Below are positions 46,553-54,447 of a stretch of DNA of 64,000 nt, in pieces; the first letter of the stretch is position 1; each line of letters opens with the position of its first letter. Location: the sequence record OR062525. One strand, written 5' to 3'. The notes under the pieces are model-generated. The model saw nothing but the letters and a program-made list of their open reading frames with translations. It searched no databases and was not told where the DNA came from. The stretch comes from Escherichia phage vB_EcoM_10C2_SA_NWU. The translations under genes were made by a program, and so were the position numbers.

Positions 46553-46615
46553 AATACATCGCTCTCTGTTAGTTTATGTGTATACTATACACTGCAGTTT
46601 TCAGATGTCAACCTC

Positions 46616-46867
46616 TTATAGATTGCTCCAGTACAATCGGCATTTACATTTTGGGCAATGAGGTTCTTTTATGTAATAACCGTCAGTCTTTGGAACACTT
46701 TTTGGTGCAGTTTTAAGATTGTACCGAGTAAAACACCGGAAGCAGGTTACCTCTCCGACCTGTTGATCGTTGATCCACTCGCCAGAGTAAAGCTCTTTCT
46801 TGTTTCTCATAATTCTCTCCCCAATCCTCTGCAATCTTCTACCAGAATCTCCAGCCAGAAAGCACAA
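46616..46867 (-). CDS. small zinc-ribbon protein
   Basis: CFRCF...CPKCKC cysteine pairs. Confidence 0.4.
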   Translation of the reverse strand: MCFLAGDSGRRLQRIGERIMRNKKELYSGEWINDQQVGEVTCFRCFTRYNLKTAPKSVPKTDGYYIKEPHCPKCKCRLYWSNL

Positions 46868-47063
46868 GGGAACACTTTAAGGATTGAATCTTTACTCGGT
46901 TCGGAAGTTATTTTTCCGTAGGGCAGGTAGAAATACCCTCCTGCAGATTCGAACACGGCCCCTTCGGTCGTATCTATCACAGCCAGAATTAAGATTTTAG
47001 TCTCCATAGTGGTGCTCCCTCTCTCAATCGTTGTGGTGACTATACCATCTCAAAAGTCAGCTG

Positions 47064-47621
47064 TCAACACTCTTTGTACTCCACCACGATAATATCTATA
47101 TCAAAAGTGGCGAGGTTAATAACGTCCTCTACGTGCTCCCACTTCAAACCGCCTATGCCGCATCCGATCTTAGGGATGTAGAATGGTAAAGTCGATCCAC
47201 TGAATACCTCATTGACTAGCTCAAAGCCTTTCAGGATTGAGAAATATTCAGCATTAGGTCCTGGGTAGAACTGAGTATACAGATTGATTCCGTAGACAAT
47301 ACCTCTCGGAGATAAGTGCTCCCATCGGGAGAACGCACCCAGTTTACTTAGGCAACCGTGTCTGGTCTCTTTGTCAGCTGCCAATGCTTGAGGGAACTCA
47401 CGGGCAATCTGTTTTGCTATCCCCTTGCCCATTGTGTGGAAGCAGTTACAACCGTGGATCAGGTGACCAGCACCGCTCTTAAAAAGGGAGATTAAATCTC
47501 CCTCTACAGTATCAATAATCACGGTATGCCAGCTCCTCTTCCGCAATTTCAAAAAACTCATCCCAACCTTGTGGCATATTTGAGTTGCCGAAGTGGCTTT
47601 CATAGTAAAGGTTCTCACCAC
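47064..47621 (-). CDS. macro domain protein, TARG1/OARD1 (DarG-type) ADP-ribosyl hydrolase-like
   Basis: GDLISLFKSGAGHLIHGCNCFHTMGKGIAKQIAREFP ... YIPKIGCGIGGLKWEHVEDVI ... IDIIVVEY aligns by eye with TARG1-type macro motifs as I recall them; true start probably internal (about 47561). Confidence 0.55.
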   Translation of the reverse strand: MVRTFTMKATSATQICHKVGMSFLKLRKRSWHTVIIDTVEGDLISLFKSGAGHLIHGCNCFHTMGKGIAKQIAREFPQALAADKETRHGCLSKLGAFSRWEHLSPRGIVYGINLYTQFYPGPNAEYFSILKGFELVNEVFSGSTLPFYIPKIGCGIGGLKWEHVEDVINLATFDIDIIVVEYKEC

Positions 47622-47937
47622 TTGGGAGATAGAAATCTGTTACCTCGTAGAATCCACAATCGTCGCACTCGCCTTCTTCAAACTTGGCCTCAACCTTAAT
47701 ACCGAGGAAGGTGAAAAGTTTATGAATATCTTCAGTTTCGAACTCCCAGTGAATGTTGTTTTCCGCATCGGTGTAGAACTGGATCAGCAGACCATTGTCC
47801 AGTTTACCAAAATACTCTGTGAAGTAACTTCCTTCCCAGAAATCTCTATGACAAATAATATCCATGCGTTTGCCCATAATAATGGTGTGAGCGTTTTGGG
47901 CATCGTCGCGAATCAGTTTTGGCATTTCATAGATCAT
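47512..47937 (-). CDS. hypothetical acidic protein
   Basis: co-directional ORF. Confidence 0.4.
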   Translation of the reverse strand: MIYEMPKLIRDDAQNAHTIIMGKRMDIICHRDFWEGSYFTEYFGKLDNGLLIQFYTDAENNIHWEFETEDIHKLFTFLGIKVEAKFEEGECDDCGFYEVTDFYLPSGENLYYESHFGNSNMPQGWDEFFEIAEEELAYRDY

Positions 47938-48005
47938 CTTAGTTCTCCGGGTTCAACAGGTGGTGGTGCTACAGGAAGATCATAAAACATGGCGATCACA
48001 TTCTC

Positions 48006-48203
48006 TTACGCAGGGATTGCTTCAAACAGGCCGTTATCGATACCATCCTTCAAGTAAAGATTATACTCTATGTCAGTATCTGTGTAAAGGGCAGCATCTA
48101 GCATTCTATCTGTTAGTCCATCCATTGGGTGGAGAAACCACCACCCACGCCAGTCAAAGTAACAACCTGGGGCATCTTCTCTCACACGGATTCGATAAAT
48201 CAT
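48006..48203 (-). CDS. hypothetical protein
   Basis: co-directional ORF. Confidence 0.35.
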   Translation of the reverse strand: MIYRIRVREDAPGCYFDWRGWWFLHPMDGLTDRMLDAALYTDTDIEYNLYLKDGIDNGLFEAIPA

Positions 48204-48299
48204 GGGCAGTGGCCTCCTGTTAGTTACACATCCCAGTTTTCTTCGTTCATCACATCCTCCAGCTCAACAAGGTTATAATTGCACACCTTACAACCTGTG

Positions 48300-48716
48300 T
48301 CAACAGAAAACTTCAACAAATTCTTCCACAGTTTTAATGTCGTGGGAAAAAGGTTTGCGGCTATAACGGGCAATAGCACTGTCAACCACCGCCCGGTACT
48401 CCAAATCTTCAGAATATTTCATGAAGCATTGCAACGTCTCCGGACAGATAGCCAGATAGCTCCACCACCCCTCTTCAGATTGGTAGTCAAATCCCATACT
48501 CTCTAGCCACGAAGCGTATACACCTGCACCCTCAAGCCAGTGAGTATTTTCATCAAGGAACTTGTTAACAGTCATGTGAGCTTCTAAGCACTTGTCCAGC
48601 TCTTTTCCGTTAACCAGCCACGCACTAACTGTGGCGCATCCAAGGTCTACAGATTGAGTTGACAGGTTGTATTGGTCATAGTTCTCAGGTTTAACAATGA
48701 TATCTTCTAATGTCAT
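48300..48716 (-). CDS. hypothetical acidic protein
   Basis: co-directional ORF. Confidence 0.4.
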   Translation of the reverse strand: MTLEDIIVKPENYDQYNLSTQSVDLGCATVSAWLVNGKELDKCLEAHMTVNKFLDENTHWLEGAGVYASWLESMGFDYQSEEGWWSYLAICPETLQCFMKYSEDLEYRAVVDSAIARYSRKPFSHDIKTVEEFVEVFC

Positions 48717-48735
48717 TTTTCAGATCTCCTTATAC

Positions 48736-48763
48736 AAAAATGCCCTACCCTTTCGGGCAGGGC
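48736..48763 (-). terminator. rho-independent terminator
   Basis: GCCCTGCCC-GAAA-GGGTAGGGC hairpin followed by TTTTT on - strand. Confidence 0.55.
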
Positions 48764-48778
48764 TATGTTAGTTAGGTG

Positions 48779-49402
48779 CTAAAAGTATTCATAGAGGTAT
48801 CCATCTGGGGCTGGAATTTTTTCATGAATGTAGTAATCAACACATATTCCGGTTTCTCTTCTACAAGAATTGTGGGATACCCATTCTTTAAGAACGTTTC
48901 CATTCATGTCCAGCCTCCTTACATTTTTACACCGTCTACCGCTGGTGCTTCTATGCAACAGAATATCCTCTGTCTGCTTGTCTTTATTTTCTCCCCAAGT
49001 CGTTAAACGGATATTATCAAAAGAGTACCCTTTGAAATCATCTATCCTGTCACAAGAAGGCTTTTTCCTTTTGTCGTACCCGCTGGCTACCCACTGATCA
49101 TACAACTCTTTGTAACCGTTTAGGTATAGCCACTCCTTAAACTCTTTTTTGGTGTAAGTCGGAGGCTGGTGACCTCTTTGCTTGCTGTTGCACTTTTGAG
49201 TCTTGTACAGCACGCGTATTACACCTTTTTCTGAAGAGTCGTTGGAAAATTGGTCAGCCTCTCTGCTGGCCTTCTTACAACACTCTTTGCACTTATTAAG
49301 ATGACCGTCAGACATCTTTGGGTGTTTGTAGAACTCGGAGAGGTCTCTCACCTCTCCGCACTTGATGCACCTCTTACAATGCGTGGATTCTACTTTTGCC
49401 AT
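48779..49402 (-). CDS. Cys-rich zinc-finger protein, possible freestanding HNH-type endonuclease
   Basis: N-terminal HCKRCIKCGEV...DGHLNKCKECC; start overlaps 3' end of SSB-like gene; own terminator; family not resolved. Confidence 0.3.
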   Translation of the reverse strand: MAKVESTHCKRCIKCGEVRDLSEFYKHPKMSDGHLNKCKECCKKASREADQFSNDSSEKGVIRVLYKTQKCNSKQRGHQPPTYTKKEFKEWLYLNGYKELYDQWVASGYDKRKKPSCDRIDDFKGYSFDNIRLTTWGENKDKQTEDILLHRSTSGRRCKNVRRLDMNGNVLKEWVSHNSCRRETGICVDYYIHEKIPAPDGYLYEYF

Positions 49403-50645
49403 ATTGCAAACCTACCGGAGCGAAAGGTATGTCATCACAGAAGTCATACTGCGCCGGATTCTGATCCATCGGGTCGTCTTCCCCATCATTTACAGGAGGA
49501 GCGTCTACAGTGTTTTGCTGTGGAGCTGCTTCCTGTTTGGCAGCCTGAGGTTCTTGATGGTCAGTTGACCCAGCACCGTTCTTGATCCAATCGTACAACG
49601 GCTCAGCCAGATTAGTCAAGACATCTTTTGCTTCTGCAGTAATTGCCGCTGCAAAATCATCAACTTTCGTTTTCTTGTCAATACGGCGACAAGCGTTCAA
49701 CACCGCATTACCGACACTGGCACCTACTTCATCTTCAGTTCGGTTGGTGGCTTGAGCATACTCTTTCTTAAGCTCGATGGTGACTACGTGCAGTGTTTTA
49801 GCCACGCCTAGTGGGTCGTCTACCTTAAACCCACGATCCAGGATGATCTGCAACGCATTGATGCTATGCCCCGTCTCCACACCAATAGGGTCGTAAGAGG
49901 ATTTACGCTTGCCACCAGGGCCTTGAGTGCCGTTCTCTGCCTTAGGTGGGTAGGCTTTGAAACCACTGATAATGTTTCCGGTGTCTTTGTCCACAATGGC
50001 TGCAACACGACCACCTACCACCAGGTCTTTAAGCTGCTCATCAGTTACAACCATAGCACCTTCGCCAATCTTGTGGTCATTTACAGTAACCACGTTGCCA
50101 ACAATCTGAGTCACATCACCATAGATGCGTAAAACGTCCTGATTGGCATTCTGCTGAGGTTTCTGCTTCTGGCCTTGTGATTGTGCACCTTGTTGCTGTT
50201 TTTGCTGCTGAGTCGCTGCTGGAGCCTCTCCTGCGCCCAGCTTAACCATCTTAGCCAGTGAGCCTTTGTAATAGGTCTTACCGTTATGCTCGTTTGCCTT
50301 CAAAGGGATATTTACGATCCATCCTGGCGTTACGGTTTCCCACTTGTCATCAATTTTAACAGAGACAGAGTCTTGATGACCCGGTTTAAGCAGCTTATCG
50401 CCCATACTGATCCAAACTTCTTCACCACCTTGAAGTAGGTTATCAGAGGAATCCAGTTCAGAAATCAGTAAAGAGATGGTGTGGCTGGACTCAATTTTCT
50501 TACCTTGCCACACAGTGGTTTTAATACCTGTTGTAGGATCAGCACCTTTGATAGGCTTGATGCTGACGCGTTTAATCATGCCGTGAGCCAGTAAAACAGT
50601 TTCACGCGGATTCATCGGGTTAGCGAATTGTTGAATAACGCTCAT
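49374..50645 (-). CDS. single-stranded DNA-binding protein-like with acidic DDIPF tip motif
   Basis: Gln-rich linkers and near-C-terminal YDFCDDIPF resembling what I recall as the bacterial SSB tip (MDFDDDIPF); adjacent to replication genes. Confidence 0.45.
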   Translation of the reverse strand: MSVIQQFANPMNPRETVLLAHGMIKRVSIKPIKGADPTTGIKTTVWQGKKIESSHTISLLISELDSSDNLLQGGEEVWISMGDKLLKPGHQDSVSVKIDDKWETVTPGWIVNIPLKANEHNGKTYYKGSLAKMVKLGAGEAPAATQQQKQQQGAQSQGQKQKPQQNANQDVLRIYGDVTQIVGNVVTVNDHKIGEGAMVVTDEQLKDLVVGGRVAAIVDKDTGNIISGFKAYPPKAENGTQGPGGKRKSSYDPIGVETGHSINALQIILDRGFKVDDPLGVAKTLHVVTIELKKEYAQATNRTEDEVGASVGNAVLNACRRIDKKTKVDDFAAAITAEAKDVLTNLAEPLYDWIKNGAGSTDHQEPQAAKQEAAPQQNTVDAPPVNDGEDDPMDQNPAQYDFCDDIPFAPVGLQYGKSRIHAL

Positions 50646-51010
50646 TCTTTGTCTCCTTGTTCTTCGTTAGTGTTTGCCGTGTGTGCAAACCCTGCTTGAA
50701 TTAATTTGTCCTGAACTTGAGCCAACAGGCCCATTGCAAAACTTGTGGTCCCAGAGAGGGCCATCAGCATATCTCGTTGTTGAGCTACCCAACCTAAGGC
50801 ATAGTCCAAACGACGATATTTTTCTTCTTCACGCAGAGCCTGGAATAATTGTTCAGCCTCTGGCTGTTGTGTAAGCTCCTGAAGTCTTCCCATGAAAGAA
50901 GAAAGCACTAGCAGAAGAGACACTTGATCTTTACTTAACCCTAAGAAAAATTCTTGAGGTTGTTCTTGCTCGTTCATCGCAACCGACGCTTGATCGTTCA
51001 TTTGTTCCAT
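50642..51010 (-). CDS. hypothetical acidic protein
   Basis: ATGA-coupled to SSB-like gene. Confidence 0.4.
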   Translation of the reverse strand: MEQMNDQASVAMNEQEQPQEFFLGLSKDQVSLLLVLSSFMGRLQELTQQPEAEQLFQALREEEKYRRLDYALGWVAQQRDMLMALSGTTSFAMGLLAQVQDKLIQAGFAHTANTNEEQGDKE

Positions 51011-51093
51011 TATGGAATCTCCGATTTTATTTGAACAACATAGAAGGAGACACTATTTTAGCATCCCCTTCTGTAAATTACAATAGGTATTTG

Positions 51094-51339
51094 TTAGCCA
51101 ATCACTTCGAAAGTTCCCCAATTCCCGTCCAGCAGGCAGGTGATCGGATCCCCATCGTCGTCAAAGATTTCAAAGTTTTCAGCATCTAGGATGTGGCCCT
51201 CGAACACAATACTTTCGTCGCCACCACCAGAGATAACAGCATATTCCTTGCCTTGAGTCAAGTTTTGACACCCTTTGCCACCAAAACCTACTTCAACACA
51301 ACGTACTTTCTGTCCTGCGCGAGCAACTGCTTCAGTCAT
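51094..51339 (-). CDS. hypothetical protein (DDDGDPITC motif family)
   Basis: shares Asp-Gly-Asp...Cys motif with 52038 and 52362 ORFs. Confidence 0.4.
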   Translation of the reverse strand: MTEAVARAGQKVRCVEVGFGGKGCQNLTQGKEYAVISGGGDESIVFEGHILDAENFEIFDDDGDPITCLLDGNWGTFEVIG

Positions 51340-51356
51340 CTTAAGGTCTCCTGATA

Positions 51357-51677
51357 TTAATCGTCAAGTTCAAAATAGATTTTAACAGCTTCATCAAAGA
51401 TTGGAATCCCGATGTTGTTGATAAGCTGCCAAACTACCATATCTTTACCTGGGTCTGGGAGAATGTCAACCTTTCTCCATGCGCTGTATATCCAGTTTGG
51501 ACCACCTTCTGCACTAACTGGCAGATTTTCACCAGCCTCCTGCAGATACTTATACAGCAAAAGATATTCTGGATACTCTAGAACACTGTCCTCTGTAGTA
51601 TATAGCAGTTCACGGTATACTTTTAAGAACCCTGCTGGGGTGATGTTTTCAGTCTTCATTTGCTGCTTCTCCTGCAT
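51357..51677 (-). CDS. hypothetical protein
   Basis: co-directional ORF. Confidence 0.4.
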   Translation of the reverse strand: MQEKQQMKTENITPAGFLKVYRELLYTTEDSVLEYPEYLLLYKYLQEAGENLPVSAEGGPNWIYSAWRKVDILPDPGKDMVVWQLINNIGIPIFDEAVKIYFELDD

Positions 51678-52041
51678 TCATCAGATCTGCCATAGCGTCA
51701 CCCACGAAGAGAACAACCACATCGTTGACCGCGTCAGCATCATCTTTGTTGACGTTGCTGAATTTAGGACACACAGCAATAATCATATAGACACCGTTAC
51801 CAACCTGAACTGTCCGTGTGGTGCACATCATGGCTGTATTTGTACCTTCTTTGAAAGCGAATCCTTGAAGACGCTCCTCCAAAGTGTTACCGGTAGATTT
51901 CAGAAGCGCCAGCTCGTCCAAGGCATAGATGATATCTCCGGAAGTTAGTGTTGCCTTGCCATCAGACACCATAATCACTCCATCAGCACCGTCAAGCTTA
52001 GAGGCTTCAAAGATATCGATATCCCAAATATTTTTCATCAC
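51649..52041 (-). CDS. hypothetical protein
   Basis: co-directional ORF. Confidence 0.4.
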   Translation of the reverse strand: MMKNIWDIDIFEASKLDGADGVIMVSDGKATLTSGDIIYALDELALLKSTGNTLEERLQGFAFKEGTNTAMMCTTRTVQVGNGVYMIIAVCPKFSNVNKDDADAVNDVVVLFVGDAMADLMNAGEAANED

Positions 52042-52358
52042 GCTTCCTCGTCGTCTAAGGAGTTGAAGATTTCACCGAAATATTCTAAGACTTCTAGCTC
52101 TCGTGTGGTGCAGAAAACACAGTCACCGTTGTCATCCTCGATAACGGCCTCTTTACCCAGCACATCTACTTCAAGTTTATCGTTCAACAGGACAGCCCCT
52201 GTGTAAACTTTGTCGGCTGTGCAGTCCCGAAAAGCAGAGTCTTTCTCCAGATAGTCTGGCTTAACCTTGGCTTTAATTCGTTGATATTGTTTGGTCATTG
52301 CTGTGGTCCCCTTTCGTTTTGATAGGGCCATTATATTAGGCCCCATCACTGTTGTCAA
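52038..52358 (-). CDS. hypothetical protein, paralog of 52362..52616
   Basis: shared KPDYLEKDSAFRDCT / KPECVANDRAFKDCT and DDNGDCVFCT / DDEGDSVWCT. Confidence 0.45.
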   Translation of the reverse strand: MTTVMGPNIMALSKRKGTTAMTKQYQRIKAKVKPDYLEKDSAFRDCTADKVYTGAVLLNDKLEVDVLGKEAVIEDDNGDCVFCTTRELEVLEYFGEIFNSLDDEEA

Positions 52359-52361
52359 GTA

Positions 52362-52616
52362 TTAATGTTCAGGTTTTACAAAAACTACTTCATTAACAGT
52401 GCACCAGACAGAGTCTCCTTCATCATCTTTAAAGGTAAGGCACTGTGCTGAGTTTTCCAGCTCATCAATCTCTTCTTGTGATAAAGGGGCCCCTTCTTCC
52501 AGAAGGGCTTTTACCAAAGGGTTCTCACAAAACTCTGCTTCATAAGTAGCGCCAAGTGTGCAATCTTTAAAAGCTCGGTCGTTTGCAACGCATTCTGGTT
52601 TCAACATGATTTTCAT
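52362..52616 (-). CDS. hypothetical protein, paralog of 52038..52358
   Basis: see paralog motifs. Confidence 0.45.
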   Translation of the reverse strand: MKIMLKPECVANDRAFKDCTLGATYEAEFCENPLVKALLEEGAPLSQEEIDELENSAQCLTFKDDEGDSVWCTVNEVVFVKPEH

Positions 52617-52692
52617 CTTAGAGGTCTCCTTAATTATTTAACAATCAATACTCTGTTTGTGAGGAGTATCTTACATCTAACCTTACTTCTTG

Positions 52693-53091
52693 TCAACGAC
52701 TATTTTCAATCAGCCACACAGGGTCTAGGTAAATTTGTTGGCGTGTTGCCCAATGACAAACTTCATTGTACATCTGAATCTCTTTGTCCGTCAGTTCACG
52801 AATAGGCTCATCTATACCCTCATTTTTGTGGTAATCCCAGTCGGCATCGATCTCCCACAACCACGACTTGTTGTCACCACGCTTACGCACACAGAAGTCA
52901 CCGGGACGGCCTGCCAATGCATTTAAGAACTCGTTCTCCGCTCGCTCCTGAAGAATACTAAGGAGCAAAACGTTGGAGCATGACCGTAAAATATGCTTCA
53001 GCTCACAATCATCAATCTCAACTTCAATACGTTGTTTGACTGTGTGGGTACCTTTTACTAACATCCTGCCTCCTCTAAACGAACTCTGCAA
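52693..53091 (-). CDS. hypothetical protein
   Basis: co-directional ORF. Confidence 0.4.
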   Translation of the reverse strand: MQSSFRGGRMLVKGTHTVKQRIEVEIDDCELKHILRSCSNVLLLSILQERAENEFLNALAGRPGDFCVRKRGDNKSWLWEIDADWDYHKNEGIDEPIRELTDKEIQMYNEVCHWATRQQIYLDPVWLIENSR

Positions 53092-53269
53092 GAGTTGTGT
53101 TGTTCACTGCACCGCAGTAAATGGAGTATCCCAGCCCATTAGAGTGCAGAAACCACGGCGTGCCGAAATTATCTTTCACGTAGACATCGCCGTTGTTTGT
53201 AAAGGGCCAATATTCTTCACCAAGGGTAAAATACCTATTCATACCTTCAGCAAGATACTTTACTTTCAT
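53075..53269 (-). CDS. small protein, tandem paralog set (W[FY]L..NG motif)
   Basis: KDNFGTPWFLHSNGLGYSIY similar to next two ORFs. Confidence 0.4.
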   Translation of the reverse strand: MKVKYLAEGMNRYFTLGEEYWPFTNNGDVYVKDNFGTPWFLHSNGLGYSIYCGAVNNTTLAEFV

Positions 53270-53493
53270 AGGTCCTCTTCAACAACTACAAACTTGGCAA
53301 GCAAAGTGGTTCCGTAGATATGATACTCACCGTTTGCCAGGTGAGAGATATACCAGTCAACCCCTTCCTCGTCTTTAATCATTTTGTTTGCACGAGCTTT
53401 ATCGTAATAAACCTCGTAGGTCTTTCCTTCTTTAAAGAATGACATGTCTGTCATCTTTTCTTCTACAAAGGTGGCTTTAACCAAAGTCGTCAT
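53266..53493 (-). CDS. small protein, tandem paralog set
   Basis: KDEEGVDWYISHLANGEYHIY. Confidence 0.4.
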   Translation of the reverse strand: MTTLVKATFVEEKMTDMSFFKEGKTYEVYYDKARANKMIKDEEGVDWYISHLANGEYHIYGTTLLAKFVVVEEDL

Positions 53494-53864
53494 TGATCGG
53501 TCTCCTTCTTGTTAAGTCTGAATACTGCAATAATAGCATTCCCAAGGTGCAGTGTCAAGTCATTTCCAAGATACCACAGCATCCCACGGTCATCTTTAAT
53601 GAAAGGGTAACAATCTGGTGCCTTCCAGACATTGTACACTTTCCCAACCTGAAAGAAATCAGGCCCTGTTGGGATTTTGGTGCCAGGCCACACTTGAGAT
53701 ACCTGAACACACTCCACCTGCATAATAACAGGGATAGTCATGGATGTAAATGTTTTTGTTGGTTCTACTACCATAAAAGTCTCCTCTTTGCTCAACAACA
53801 CTTCCATGTGTTGATAGTTTACATTAGTGACAATCACCCCAATTACGACCACACAGGTATTCAC
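53490..53864 (-). CDS. small protein, tandem paralog set
   Basis: KDDRGMLWYLGNDLTLHLG. Confidence 0.4.
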   Translation of the reverse strand: MNTCVVVIGVIVTNVNYQHMEVLLSKEETFMVVEPTKTFTSMTIPVIMQVECVQVSQVWPGTKIPTGPDFFQVGKVYNVWKAPDCYPFIKDDRGMLWYLGNDLTLHLGNAIIAVFRLNKKETDQ

Positions 53865-54180
53865 CTGTGATCTGGAACGGGACGCCCATCATTTTAGAAG
53901 CTTGCCAGAAGCAATGCACCACCATTTCACCCACAGGGCTCCAGATAAGTTCAAGCTTTCCGTCATCGTTCAGGATAGGATCGTACACCGTGTTTCCGTC
54001 TCTGTCAACCACTTCGTTTCCGTCCTCATCCTTGCGTGCCTTTTTGTACTTATGACCGTCGAACACATGAAGTTTGGCCTCCTGCTCTGCCTTAAATGCT
54101 TCCAGTTCTTCGATTGTGTCGAAGGTGTACACAGTCTTATACTTCGGTGTGTCAGGGACTTGAAGTTGGTACTCATCCAA
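53824..54180 (-). CDS. hypothetical protein
   Basis: co-directional ORF. Confidence 0.4.
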   Translation of the reverse strand: MDEYQLQVPDTPKYKTVYTFDTIEELEAFKAEQEAKLHVFDGHKYKKARKDEDGNEVVDRDGNTVYDPILNDDGKLELIWSPVGEMVVHCFWQASKMMGVPFQITGEYLCGRNWGDCH

Positions 54181-54447
54181 TAGTTCAGGTAGGTCGTTAA
54201 GCTACCCCGCACCATTACGTGCATAGCCATACGTTTTCACGTAGGATCGGACCATCTCATATTCCTATGATAAGCAACCACAGGAATCCTCCCATTTAGA
54301 CCGCACTTGCTGGTCTACTTCCTTTCGGAATGGCCTCTGAGCGTTCGCTCTTTTGAGCGCTTCGTTGCGGATTACCTTGCCATAAGGTTTAGGCTTCCCG
54401 CAGTTAAAGAGGTTATTCGACATAGATTACTCTATGAAGCCACAATG

